From: Vezdaea acicularis
Lineage: Eukaryota
Length of the DNA: 64,000 bases
Reading direction: 5' to 3'
Assembly (NCBI GenBank): GCA_026025075.1
Contig: JAPEUI010000091.1
Coordinates: 1-64,000, forward strand
Below are positions 1 to 12,627 of the stretch, in pieces (within the stretch, counting starts at the first letter, position 1; each line of letters starts with the position of its first letter). Both the position numbers and the translations under genes were made by a program. The notes beneath the pieces are model-generated. The model had not been told where the DNA came from and did not search any database. It saw only the letters and a program-made list of their open reading frames with translations.

Positions 1-974
1 CACAACCCATCCCACTCGAAAGGATGGTACCGAAAGCCACGCGCCGTCCGCGGGAGTGCTCTGAGTCGCGATCAACCCCCAAAGCAGTAAGGCAACACAA
101 CGCCCCCACCGGGTGAAACGCAAACCATTGCTCGTCTAATACACTACTTGATGAGGGTCTGCTCTCGGGTTAAACGCGATGGAGCCCGAGCCGCGCGTTT
201 CAAGATTTGGCGTGTCTGATCAACGCGGATCAGCCTTTATTGGCCCGGCTGATCAATCCCACGTGGAAATTTAGACGTGGTGGAGATCTAGATTGCCCTG
301 GCCGGCCCCATACGCCATCCGTCAGATCGTTAGGTATCTTGACATTCTCCCGGCGGACCCCTCCAAATCAGTACCAGCGGATAACACCTCAGCCAATGGA
401 CGAACACGCGTGCGAAGCATTTCCTCCGTAACTTTCATCCGCAACCATGTCGAGCAGGATCCGCAATGGTAACTCGAGCGACCTCGCACAAGACTTCTCT
501 TCCCGCAGAGGGATCCTCGTCTAACAGGCTAAATGTACTCGACCCTGCCTCCGCATGGGATATCAAAGCACAACGCCAATGCCGCTGCAGTGGCCCCAAC
601 TGCACGGTACACGCACTCCGGGACGAGCGACATGGCATTCGCATCCGGACTTCGCTAATATGCACGGGCCTCAGGGTGGTGCGCCTCTACCTACGCGACG
701 CTTGGAGGATGTTTATCCTAGAACCATGCCATATCGTATTTGCAAAGATTTCGAGCTGAGCGTCGAGGGTGCGGCTGGCCGCGTTCCGCTTTCTACGGAT
801 GTCTCCAGTCCCGAAAGTATATGACTTGACCGATTCTTGTACACCTAGGAGACTTTCGTGACCTGAATTGGATGCTGTGAGAAAGAAGCGACCTTCCTCA
901 GAAGAAGCTCTCACCAAATGCTGGCTAGCACTTCGAAGTCCAGGCTTTAGATTATCGACCAAAGGCTAGCCACC

Positions 975-2993
975 ATGACGAGCTTAGTCACGACTGACCA
1001 GTTCATATACCAAGTTGAACATAGCAAAGACGACGAGACGAAGGCCGTGTACGTTGTCGAGGCGGTGCTTATCACACTCGCGACGATCGCCGTGATATTG
1101 CGCTTCCTGTCGCGGCGTATAAAAGTGGCGCCGTACCTCCTGGATGACTGGTTGATTGTTGTTGCGCTGGTAGGCCTCCTGACCACGTCAAATGCTCTGG
1201 GGCTTGAAGCAAAAACGCTAATCATCCCGGGCGCCAGGCATTTGCGTATGGCCTCTTTGTTATTGGAATACTATCTGCCCACTATGGCATGGGCAAGCAT
1301 GCCGTCAAGGTCGGAATACCGAACGTGATCAAGTTCCTCAAACTCCAATTCATCTTCGAGATTGTCTACTGCTTCTGTGTTGCGATCACGAAGTTCAGTA
1401 TTCTGCTCCTTTACCGAAGAATCTTCCGCCTCGACAGCTTCAAGAAGTGGCTGGTCGGTGTTGCGATCTTCGTCTTTCTCTGGGCCGTCTCGACCATTTT
1501 CGCTGCCATCTTCCAGTGCATGCCCATCCGACTCGCGTGGCAGAAGGACTTGGGACATGGAAAGTGCGTCGATCTGGCGGCGCTGGTGGTCTCGACGGGG
1601 GTTCTGAACATGTTGACAGATATCATCATCTTGATCATTCCTATGCCCATCGTGTGGAGCCTCAAGATCTCGAATCGACAGAAAGTGGCCGTGTCGGCCA
1701 TCTTTCTTCTTGGTGGCTTGTATGTTCTTCCTTCTTCTGCGTCGGTTGTTGTGATCTGCGACTGACAGATATTCTAGCGTCTGCGTCGCCTCTATGGTTC
1801 GCATTTCCTACCTCCCCCGTGTCGTCAACGGCGGCGATCCGACCTACACCAATCTCCCTGCGGGCATCTGGTCCACCGTCGAGCCCTGCATCGGCATCGT
1901 CTGCGCCTGCCTGCCCATCATGCGGCCTCTCTTCATCAAACTGATCCCCGACAAGCTCATGTCCACGATGAACAGCTCGCAGCGCCGCCCCTCCGCCCCC
2001 TCCTGGGAGCGCAAACAATCCCATTCCTCCAGCGGCGGTAAAAGTTGGGTATCCTGGCCGGGCATGAAGAAATGGAAAGCGGCCAAGAACAGCGGCACCG
2101 ACTCGAGCTGGACGAACTCATCATCCGGCCGGTCATGGGGCGCCAGCAAACCCTCCGTCTCGTCACAAGGCGGGCTCCACCCGGCCCCCGTCGGCGCGCG
2201 CAACGGCGACATTGAACTCGGCGCCAACACCACCACCGCCGCCGCCGCCGGCAACGAGCCCTGGCGCTCCTTCAACCCGCACGAAGACTCCCGCTTCGTC
2301 ACCTCTACCATCCTCCACGGCAGCCCCTCGCCCTCTCCCACGCCCGAGCACCAAGCCCAGCGCGAGCGCGAGCGCGAGCTTGACCTCGAGAAAGGCATCG
2401 CCCCAAAAGACGCACCCCCCCCAATGCCCTCCCTCACCCCCCGCGACCGCGGCCACGTCCACGCCCGCATCGCCTCCGACCAGAGTAACTCGCGCCTCCT
2501 CCCCCGACCCGACCCAACCCACCCACCCCCCGTCCCCGCCAAAGAACCCTTCCCCCCCCTCTCCCCCTCAAACACCTCAGAACCCCCCCCACACCACCGC
2601 CCCGCCACCGCCTCACACCCCTTCGGCGGCATCCAAGTCCGCACCTCCACCACCTGGGAGCGCGAACCCGCTCCCCTTCCCGAGCGCGAGCGCGGCCGGC
2701 AGGGCCGCCGTCCTTCCTGGGCTGACCCCGCCGCTGCAGCCTTCCCCGACCCGCTTGATCCTGGAGTGTCCGGCGTGTTTAGTAGAGCTACGCTTAGTCC
2801 TTCCGGCGGGGTATATGTGAGGAGAGCGAGTGATGCGAGTGTGTCGCTTGGGCGGAGAGGCAGCTTGGGCAGCAGGACGGAAGGTAGAAGGGGGAGCGAG
2901 GGCGTGGTACGTCCGTTACGGATGGGGATGGGGATGGGGTTGGAGCGCAGACCGACGGTGACGGGGAAGCGGAAGGTTGGTGGTGGTGGGTAG
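975..2993 (+). CDS. PTH11-like (fungal rhodopsin-domain, CFEM-less) integral membrane protein / putative GPCR; join(975..1169,1238..1719,1778..2993)
   Basis: Family motifs LRFLSRR...LDDWLIVVAL, GMGKH, KFSILLLYRRIF, IFQCMPI..W, TDIIILIIPMPIVWSL, WSTVEPCIGIVCACLP. Introns GTAGGC..GCTAAT..CAG and GTATGT..CTGAC..TAG join the three ORFs in frame. Long low-complexity C-terminal tail. Confidence 0.9.
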
Positions 2994-3202
2994 GTGTTCG
3001 GCTTGGTCTGGCTGGGCTTGGAGTGAATGGGAGGGGAGGGGGTGTTGGGCGTTTTCATTTCTTTCTTTCTTTCTCTCCCTTTTTTGTGGGTGGGGGGAGG
3101 AGCGGAGAAGGGGAGGGGGGGTTAAGTGCATCTATATATGTAGCTAGATCGAAGCACGGATATCTAGACGGGCTAGTCAACGCTCGAGTCTTTCTTGAGA
3201 CG

Positions 3203-3218
3203 CTCTCTCTCTCTCTCT
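3203..3218. repeat. (CT)8 microsatellite in a convergent intergenic region
   Basis: ctctctctctctctct read directly. Confidence 0.8.
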
Positions 3219-3765
3219 GACTCTTCGCGCTTCTTTCCATAAATGCCATGCTACAGCAGCCCGTGATAGTGCATCCTCGCCCGGCTCATGTGAGAGAGGG
3301 CCGTCTGGCCTTCTCGTCTCGATTTGTCTCGACTCTCTGGCTTATACCCAACCTGAGCGCGCCTCTTTCCTTCCTGCCTCCCTCTGTCACTTAATCTAGT
3401 TGTTAATGATTCTTGCTTTCTCCTGCACCTAAGGGGTGCGCGTCCGGCACCTGAGGCGGTGTGTGGTGCATATTGTGGAAGGCGGGAGAGGGAGAAGGAG
3501 AGGTTGGGTTCTGGCCATCATCAGCCATCTTCTTTGCGTGTGTTCGATGGGCGTAAGGGGCTGGGAGAGGAGGAGATCCTGGGTATTTGTGCCCGCGTTT
3601 GTGTGGAAGGCGAGGGGGTGTTGAAGGAGGGGGTAGTGATCTTCTGGTTATCTCGGGGACTTCAGGCCCCCCTGCCCCCCCCCGGGGTGAGGGGGGCTCG
3701 TTGATAGACGCCTCCAGGACGAATCGTAGTCGATTTCGAAAGGGGGGAGAGGGCGGAGTTGAGCG

Positions 3766-5089
3766 TCATCGCAGCGGATGATCCTTTCCCTCATCATGCT
3801 TTATCGAGCTTTTCGTCAGCTCGGTAGGTCCATCCACCTTCTTCCCCTCCGCCTCCCCCTCCGCCTCCCCCCGACGAACAAACCTGACCGCATCCTTCGC
3901 CACCAAATAACTAACCCCACTCCCCACCGTGGTCGCCGCGACCAAATACTGCAGTCCATCCTGCAACACTCTAAGATCCAGCAAGGGCGCCGCTCCCCCC
4001 ACAAGCGGCTCGAGCAGGGGTCTCGCGACCGCGAGTCCCAGAAGCGCGAGCTGGAGCGCCGTGTTATACTTGCTGATGGTGGTGGGCCGCACCTCGGCGC
4101 TGGGGAGGGAAAAGTCCCAGAAGCGCGCGAGGGTCTTGGGGGGGGGGAGCGAGATGTATCGATACCAGATTGCGGAGAGGGCGAGGAGGGCGTCGCGGGA
4201 GAGGATTAGGGCTGCGAGCCAGACTTTTTGCCGGGGTTAGTTGCGGGGTTCTCTTTAGTGGAAAGGGGAAGATGAAGGAAAAGGAGGAGACAGACTAGGC
4301 AGGCTTCCGCTGGCGACCAGTCCGCCGGTGACGCAGAGGACAAAGACTTTGTCGGCCATGGGGTCGAGGATGCTGCCGACTACCGTCTGGAGTTTCCAGC
4401 GGCGGGCGAGGTAGCCGTCGGCGAGGTCGGTGAGGGCGGCGTATAGGAAGAGCAGGGTGGCGGGGAAGGCCTGTGAGGTGAGGATTAGGTAGGGGAGGGC
4501 GGGGGCGGAGAGGAGGCGGGAGAGGGTCAGGAGGTTGGGAAAGGTGTAGATGTTTTCGTGGGGGGGGAAGACGGGGATGGTCCTCTTGGCGGTGGGGGTG
4601 GGGGGAGAGGCTGGTGGAGCGGTGGCGCGAGGGGAGGGACTGTATAGGGTTTGTTAGTGTTGTGTATCGAATATATGAGAGCGGAGATGCGTCCGGAGAG
4701 CAAGAGGCGCATTCGATGCATCCCCCTCCTTCCCCGGAGCTCGGGCTTGTGCGAGTACGAAAGGAGCAATAAACATACCTCCTCCCCTCTCCCTTCAGGT
4801 CCGCAAATCCCCTCATCTGGACCCACTCATGCTCCGCCGTCAACACACCCCAGAGCTGTCCTCTCCGCCGAGCCTCCGACCTTCCCACCAGCCCTCTGGC
4901 AGCAGACATCTCTACCGCACCCACATTCCTCCTGCCCAACAATTCTCCCCCACCAAAACCGTGAAGGCCCCTAATACCCCCAGCCCGAGACGAACCACAC
5001 ACCAGTGACGTCTTAAACGCACAAGGCGCTCCCCCTATCAACAGCATCCTCACGCGTCCACGCAAAGCCAGGACCGAGCTCGCAGCCAT
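3766..5089 (-). CDS. CRD1: Cardiolipin synthase (CDP-alcohol phosphatidyltransferase); complement(join(3766..4223,4296..4639,4779..5089))
   Basis: Spliced product contains HENIYTFPNLLTLSRL, the CDP-alcohol motif TDLADGYLARRW...GSILDPMADK, and RYISLPPPKTLARFWDFSLPSAEVRPTTISKYNT. Arg-rich N-terminus resembles a mitochondrial presequence. Both introns have an ACTAAC branch. Confidence 0.92.
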
Positions 5090-6339
5090 CGCATGGCCGA
5101 TTCTTTTGCCGCGCTGGACTGTTAGAATTCGTGAGTGCAGAAAAAAGGGCTGGAGTAAACTACTGGGGACGAGCTGCTAGTCTGGTATTTCGTGTGGGGT
5201 TGTGGGTGGGAAGGGAGAGGGGACTGTATGGTCGTGTATGCGATCGGATGGGTTTGATGTCGAGGTCTCGCCCGCGCCGCTTCCAAAAGCTCGAGCTTCC
5301 GAGGCGCTAATGCGGCGGCATCCGCTTGTCTGGTGTGGTGGGGGGGTGGCCCTGGTAAGCGAACGCGTCGAGGCGGCCAGCTGCGAGTTTTCCCCCTTTC
5401 GGGGTTCAACATCAGGCTGCTTAGTATCGAGGTTGTTTACGGCGTGTAAAGATCAACAGATGGGCTTTCTTTTCGCTGGACTCGCTCACTTCCATAAATA
5501 GACTTGTGGACATGATGTCTTTGGTGGCGCTTCCCTATGGAAGAGCGGGACCTGGTTCCGGGGCCCGAGCCGTGTCTTGTATAGCGTGATGGCCAGGGGT
5601 GGAGGGCAGACTTTTCTTTAGAGAGAATCTCACTGTCTTCATTGTCATGGTAGACTGGGGGTAATTGGGCTCTCACTCATGTACAGCAGTGCCGAGAGCA
5701 AGCAACGATTAAGGATTATACAGTCCCGCCGCCCATTCTTCCAGCGCCCTCTCTCCTTCAACCTTAGTGGTACAACCCGGAAACAGCGATTCGTGGAGCC
5801 CTTCACCAGATCTTTTGGATCTCTCCCAACTCCGATAGAAGAGGAATGGAAAACTCCGCGTACGGGATTAAAGGACGAGCAGGAGCAAAGCAAGCCGCCA
5901 ACACCACTACCAGAACCCCCCTACAGCCTTGCAAAAAAACCAAGAGAGACACCTTCGCTCGCATAGCGGGAAGCAAACGTGCGCACCATTCAATTAGACA
6001 ATAGATTCGATGCAGACCACCGACCGGCCCAACCCCAGTCCCCGAGTTTGTCACAAGCCAAAGGACACCGACATTTTCTTTCTAGAGCTTGAAATCCGTA
6101 GAGATAAGGAAAGAGAGAAGGAGATGGGAAGGAATTGCCCCACGACCGCGATGGAAAGAGAATTGATTGAGTGTATCGTTCGTGCAGGTATTCGTAGCTG
6201 TGGGAAAAATGATCTTAGAGTTCCTAGCGTTAATCATAGGCCGTAGCTTCATTCGACTTCCAGGTTCCTTAATTGCGCTATCCAAGGAAATTTGCTCTCA
6301 TCATGACTATGTATGTCTGGATTGACTCTTGCTCCGTCA

Positions 6340-7704
6340 TCACTGCTGAGGCCACTGCGCGTGTGGAAGCTGATTGGCATAATGGCCGCCAGGAGTACCC
6401 AGCTGAGGCTGACCCCACTGCGCATATGGAGAGACAGCATCAGATCGAGCACTCGCCGAGCCGTGACCCCACCGATTTTGCTCAAGAGGCTGATAAGACG
6501 TGTGGCTCTCCGATCGAGAACTGTTGGAATACTGCGGATACTTGAAGCCGTCGGATGCCATCTTTGTGTCGATCATGGCTGGCTGCTCCGGCTCCCCAGC
6601 TCGCATTCTCATTCCCACGTACGGTCGATCTGAGTGAGACGCAGGTAACGCTCCGAGAGAACCCCCTATATGGTCGTAGCGATGTCCATATGCACCAGGC
6701 GTGTATGCAGCATATTCATCTGACTTGATCTGCGTATGAGGTGATCCCGCACTTGATGGGCTGTAGTAGACTCCCGTCGCTGGTGTTGGAGCGCTCCCTG
6801 TATATGAAGTCGGTGTTGTAGAGTAAGTGTGATTACCGTTCTGATAGCCCGTCTGTACATCGCTGGAATAGCTGAAGCCACTTGTGACCGAGTCCTGGGA
6901 GTGGTAGGAAGGCGTCGTCAGGGTAGGCCGTCGCTCGTACCCGTTCCTGTCTGCGTAGCTGAAAGGAACTCGAGAGCCATCATAGGTAGCGTCAAGACTC
7001 TCTTCTTCATTGAGTGGGCTTCGGAAGTTCTGCCCCGTCGTCAGTTCTGTCCGGGGCTTGAAGTTTCGTACTGATGGGTGTGCTGAAGGAGCTACGAGCT
7101 TGCCGCTGAGCACGTCGTCGACTTTGTAATATGAGACTAGGTGGTGATGCACGTTTCGGACAGAGACACTCATCGTCTTCTTCACCAAGCCATCCTCTTT
7201 GAAGCCGTATGAATCCACCAGTGATCCTATCAGCGCCCTTTCGGTGTCGCGATTTACGTCTCCTCGGAAGCTCGGCGTTGAAGGAGTCGTTGGGGAGTAT
7301 TGAGAGAGAGACGGCGTACCAGAGAGGTTTGGAGTTCCATTGTCGATGCTCGATCGCGGGTACGGCTCGCCCGGCTTGGTAGCCCTCTTGCTTCGTTTGG
7401 TTGCACGCTTCTTCTCACCAGGAGGAAAAGGTCGCTCAAGCTCTCTATACACTAGAAAATTACCAAGGATACGGCTGGGACTCCAGGGAACGCCGTCTGT
7501 CCATCTTTTGATGCCCGACGCATTCTCTTCGTAGATGAATACGCAGCCACTTCGAATTAGGGTGGTCCGCTCACGATCGTGGGGGCGCCGGGGGACATGC
7601 TGTAACTGTCCGGTCAAGCAGGCTTCGAAAAGTATCAAGGCGTCGTGAGTGGTCGCAACATAGCCTTGGAAAGTCGCTTGCAGCGAGGCATTACTAGAGC
7701 TCAT
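6340..7704 (-). CDS. RYP1: WOPR-box (Gti1/Pac2 family) transcription factor of the Ryp1/Wor1/Sge1 type; intronless CDS, ~454 aa
   Basis: WOPRa ATFQGYV...DALILFEAC...RRPHDRER...IKRWTDG..WSPSRILGNFLVYREL and WOPRb GSLVDSYGFK.DGLVKKT.S....HHLVSYY. The PPGEKKRA motif is typical of Gti1/Wor1 orthologues rather than Pac2. First ATG at 7704. Confidence 0.93.
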   Translation of the reverse strand: MSSSNASLQATFQGYVATTHDALILFEACLTGQLQHVPRRPHDRERTTLIRSGCVFIYEENASGIKRWTDGVPWSPSRILGNFLVYRELERPFPPGEKKRATKRSKRATKPGEPYPRSSIDNGTPNLSGTPSLSQYSPTTPSTPSFRGDVNRDTERALIGSLVDSYGFKEDGLVKKTMSVSVRNVHHHLVSYYKVDDVLSGKLVAPSAHPSVRNFKPRTELTTGQNFRSPLNEEESLDATYDGSRVPFSYADRNGYERRPTLTTPSYHSQDSVTSGFSYSSDVQTGYQNGNHTYSTTPTSYTGSAPTPATGVYYSPSSAGSPHTQIKSDEYAAYTPGAYGHRYDHIGGSLGALPASHSDRPYVGMRMRAGEPEQPAMIDTKMASDGFKYPQYSNSSRSESHTSYQPLEQNRWGHGSASARSDAVSPYAQWGQPQLGTPGGHYANQLPHAQWPQQ

Positions 7705-7741
7705 GACGAGGCTAAAAAGTGAATTAAGATGCACAAAGCTC

Positions 7742-8262
7742 CTGTAGAAGACTCGCTCATCAGATAAGATGCTTTGATGAATCTTTAGTTTCTGGCCCTC
7801 AGGGCTGAGATTACGCTTCTAGGGAGATGATGTGTCGGAGACGCTGTCGTGTTCTGAAAAGCAGGCCGTGTTAGAAAGTTGTCACTCTGTCATTCGCCCA
7901 AAAAAGGTCCTTCAAGCAGCGAAGTATCCAATGTGTTGCCTGGCATTTCCACCACACAAATCGGCAGAAGACGACTCGCCGCCGTATTCACGGGCGAAGG
8001 GATGTACATTTGGAAGGTAAATTGAAGAACCCAGAAGGTCTCCGGAAACCCAGACGCCAGTGAAGAAAATGAAGAGATGAAGACAAGGCGACTTGGTGAA
8101 CGGCAAGAAGAGTCTCAAGGCAACAGTAGCCTCACACAGAAGGGGCAACAGTGAAATCGTTGAGAGGGCTGTTTCTCAACATGGCTTCAACCTAGTGCCA
8201 ATCTATGGCTAATAGGCGAAACCATAAAAGCAAACTTAGAGAGGAATAGCATCAGCACTTAC
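7742..8262 (-). other. Putative ~520 nt 5'-UTR intron of the WOPR gene
   Basis: Minus-strand donor GTAAGT at 8262; CTGAT branch-like motif and CTACAG acceptor ending at 7742, 38 nt upstream of the ATG. No coding frame is available to confirm it. Confidence 0.4.
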
Positions 8263-11200
8263 GTCTGCCTAACTTTCCGTGCCACGTTTATGCTGAGTAC
8301 CCCGGACGATCACAGGTAGCTGCGAAATGATTTTCCTGGATGCCTGTTCCCAAGACCCGCTATGATTCCTGCAACCTTCGGATCGCAGCAAGGAAGGCAG
8401 GCTGTGGGGAGGGGCTCTGAGAAAGAGTTTCGAGCTACACCGAATCGATTGAATTAGGGCAGCGAGGCCGAAAGAGAGGCGACGGCAATAGCCAGTGAGC
8501 CTTCAGTAGGGCTATGAAGGCAAAGAGGGGCCGGTTGTTGGTTGAAGTCAACCCGGGTTAGGCCGATGCAGAACGAGTGGTTGATGGGCCAGCAACGTGT
8601 CGTCACCTGGTAGTGTATTAGATATGGAGGAGCGGAATAGGATGGCTTGTCCAGGGCGGACCTAGGAAGGCAACGGAGGTGATCTTCGGTCCGGTCGCCT
8701 TGTTTTGCCTTTGAATGAGTGGGCAAGGCAAACGGGCGAGATGACCTAAAGTTTCGTCCAGGCTGTTTACAGTTTCAGGGTCGCCGCAGGTGGAGCTTAT
8801 ATGAACGGCATCCACTCTTCTATCAACAACGGATGGCTGACGCTCGAACCTCAACTGCTTCTGAATCAACACGCGCTGTTTAAGCATCCTCCGGCCTCGT
8901 GGTCGAACGTCTGTGCGAAGTTTCCGTCCTCGTCTTCTATTGACAGCCGCACTTCAGCTAGGATGTGGAAGGGGACGGGGGATTGGGTGAGCATGAGCAA
9001 ATACTAGTAGCAAGAGGCGTACAAGATCAGCGAGCACAGGGCAGCCTATGGCTCGGAACGATGGTCCCACGCGCGCTTGGTCTTCCCTTGTTAATAGCGT
9101 CGGCAATAATAATTCGTGGGCCTGTCCTGGATAATTCACTCACCTCTGTTGAAGCAGTTGCCGTTCTATTGATAGGTGCCCCGAGAGCTCTCATATTATT
9201 GTCTATCTAGGGCTTCCGACAGGCGAGCTCAAGAAGGGCCAGCATCGACGGGGAATGCTCGAGCAAGCAAACTTGGGGATTCGGAGTTCGGAATTCGAAA
9301 CTGACTAGATGGATTTGACCCGCTCTTTTCTTAGAGAGGAACCTCACGAGGATCCGCTATCAGGTCCTGACGGCAAATATGACTCGCGGGACTTTCCTCC
9401 GCGCTAGTCTTCAAGCACGACGGGCCAGCTCTCCCCGCGCCGTCACGAACCAGAGGAAAGAAGCGCGAGGGTGGTCAATTTCTGCAGCGTTTCCTCATGC
9501 GACGTGTCGCGCGCTCACGATTTCGTTCTCTGCTCCCTGCGGGATGTCAGGAATGATGAGGAGCTGGGAGAGTACAATATCAATGACAGTGCAGGTTGAA
9601 GAACGTGGGCCCAACACTCAACGGCTTTCAAGGCCGGGCGATTCAGCGAATCTGCCGGCACGATATCTATGTGCTTTTGATCGTTCCAATGGCAGCTTGA
9701 AGTTCAGCGCCATTGTATGAACAGGCCAATGGACGTGGGTAGGTCTACACCCTGAGTCGGGTGGAGGGCATCCACTCTGCCAGGGAAGCGTGGTAGTGCC
9801 AACAAACGGGTTGATAAGGCCTCGGTCTTGCGAGTGACCTATTGGCTAGGAATGACTAGTCATCACGCCTTTGGTAGAAATGGCTTTGGTCCAGATCCGA
9901 TGTCGCGGCTTGTAAGGCGAGCCTAACGTCGGTGACATACCACCATTCGCACGTAGTGTGATAATGGCGCCTTTGGCTTCGGCACACTGCACCGCCAGGT
10001 CGCTACACGTCCACGCACTGCGTGTCCTCGGCCGAATGGTGTAAGCGGTGTACTGTAAGAAGTACCACCTGCTGATACGAACTGAATGATGCAAGTGTCA
10101 AGTCACGTCTTCCCAAACGTCAAGTGGCCTCAATTAACTCGTTGGCGGTGATGGGTGGGATGAGCGATGCACATGGTTATGCAGCTTTGGTCCCTGTACC
10201 ACGTTTCAAAGAGGGATCTGCGGACCACACAAAACGATCCTGTCTCTCTCCAGGACTAGTTGCTACGGAACCAAGCATGATCGTCGACACGACCGGAATC
10301 GCGCGTGGGGCGGCGCAAGGCGCGAGGCGCGGGGCGCGAGACCCAATTAGCTGGATATTGCGGCCTTCGTAGACTTGCCTCTTCCCAGTTAGGGCGACTC
10401 ACTGTTGTCGTCCTGTAGAAAGAAGGGCGACTCGATCCTATGGTCGACCCTAATGTCCGACGCTTTGACATTGGCTTGCTGCATTGTCATCGGTAAGGTG
10501 TGGATCCTGTATTGTCGTTTGAGGAACCTGACTCTAACGCGCATGAAACTTCTTCTCCGAGTATCGAGATCCTCGCAGAAGCACGCAACATTCTTTCCCT
10601 TTGAATGAGCTCGCATTCGGTGCAGGAAGCAAAGGATACGACCGTAGTCGGAAGAATCAGGAAGTACCTCATTAATGCAGGTGCGTAACGAATCCGAGCT
10701 CCATCGTATTTTGGGGGTTCGAGGGATTCATTCGCCGAAGGATTTATCCCTGCGAAGTTGACTCCCACCATCCTCTTGATCAGGCTTGAGAGTTGTAGAA
10801 GGAAGCGCTGGGGACTATTTCTGCAGCAAAGCTCGTGACGTCGACGAGTAATGCCTCTGCCCAGCTATGACTCTTTAAAACGTAAAAATTGGTTCCTTAA
10901 TGATGCACGCGGGGCATCCTAACTTCTCTTGCTTACTCAAAACTAGTGCGATATCCTACCCTGAATACTCCAAAGTGCTACTTTGTCTTTGCAATGGCTG
11001 TTGGCCGCATGAATCGTCCGATAAGGATGTCTTTTTTGCAAAGTATGGCAACCCTTATTCAAGGACTGTCGATTATCGTAGAGCTGCAGCAACCTGGTGT
11101 ACAATAGGTCAATGCGCCCTATCTTTGTTACCGAGGGTGAATAAAGTATGATAAACACTATAGAACTTTCTGGAGAGGGATAACAATCCGCGGTCAAGAA

Positions 11201-12627
11201 GATTTATTCTGTTAGCCTGCATCGATCACAAGGCCTACGAATGCAGTGCACTTGCAAGGAGACGTAGCTAGACATTCTCTCCATGGCTCGGCGCTATCTT
11301 TGTATGATAATGATCTATGTGCGTACGTAAGAAGCCTAAATCGGTTTCGTACATGAACGCATGCAGCAGTAGTACAAAACTCAAAAGATAAGGTTGCATG
11401 CACTCTTGCATCAAGCAGGTACCCGAAACTGAATTTCCGAGATATCAAGTCGATAGTATAATGTCGTCAAGAACCTGAAAACTCAATCATGCCACAAAAT
11501 AGGGGCGGAAGGACAACTGAACTAGATTTCAGCGCGAAACCTGATGCGACTTACAACCGTTTGATGGCGAAAAAGGGTTAGGAGGTGAATAATAGACAAG
11601 TTTGTACGAGCATGAATCAACAAGCTTCCGATGTTGGGTTGAGGGTCGGCTGCATTAAAGGAATTCTGTAAGTATCACTCGAGCTATAGAACACGATGAG
11701 GCTCAAGTATTCTACAATATGTATAGGTAGAGAGTAACAGAGCCTCTTCACATAACCGCACTGTTCTTCCAGGAGGTACCTTTCAGTGATTGACTTTGAG
11801 TTCTGTCGTTGAAATAGTGGAATACTCCGGGTAGGGCTGCATGCAACCGAAAACCCAGCTTCACCTAAGTTTACACGCGCGAGCGACATCCATATTGAAA
11901 TCTTGCCTGTCATATGACAACTGGCGCAATCTGACTAGCACAGATTCTCACTCAGAGAAACGCGTTCCTGAATACAACGCACCCCATCTCAGACTTAGTT
12001 CCATCGTTCTCGACTTACTGGTGGCAACTGACTTGATACCAGCATTACGGCAGTGTCCTTCTCAAACAACTCCTTGCAGAAACGAGGCGTTTACACCTTA
12101 AGGAGAGGAAATTTCGGGCGGCAAGGGGGCACAGATCCGAGGAATTTACGGCCCGATAGGTGGAAGGATCCAGGAGCTGGCCGTGCTTATCCGATCCTGT
12201 GGCGTCGCGGGATCAGGGTAGACGCGGCGTAATATTCCCTCAGAGCTGGCACCGATTCTGTTTCAAGCCCGATGAACAGATACCTCTGCTACGTGAGCCT
12301 ACCGAACAAATCCTTAGGAGCGGACGCATCCGCTTGCGATTTACGCATCTTAGTCATTTGAGCGGATATGGAATGAGGATGTGACTGCCCGAAGGAAACA
12401 GCTGCGCAACATATGCTATCTGACAGGTGGCAACCACCACTCTTGCTATATAAATATTAAGAGATTGCGTGCGATCAAAGGCACTGGGAAGCGATAAGAT
12501 AGCCGGCGAGCCACAATAGCTTGCAACCTGCGTTAATAATCGCTTCCTGGAGCGACAAGGCTTGCATAGTAAAAAGCCATAGGCCAATGGGGTCCTGTAG
12601 AGCAAAAGCATCTCACCGAATGCCCTC

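Noticed and set aside
1844..3058. 404 aa minus-strand ORF and other ORFs overlapping the PTH11-like gene
   Set aside because: Antisense or off-frame shadows of a GC-rich, low-complexity exon; no family motifs.
5679..5966. 95 aa plus-strand ORF between CRD1 and the WOPR gene
   Set aside because: No recognisable motif or supporting splice structure; lies in the likely WOPR 3' UTR / CRD1 promoter.
10389..10771. Two overlapping short minus-strand ORFs that might be a spliced gene
   Set aside because: I could not join them with a convincing branch point and acceptor, and neither shows a domain signature.
7735..12600. Enrichment of the short TAAAGT WOPR core in the WOPR upstream region
   Set aside because: I saw only two copies (8747, 11142), about chance level. 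A further TTAAAGTT at 13275 is inside a TDP1-like intron.
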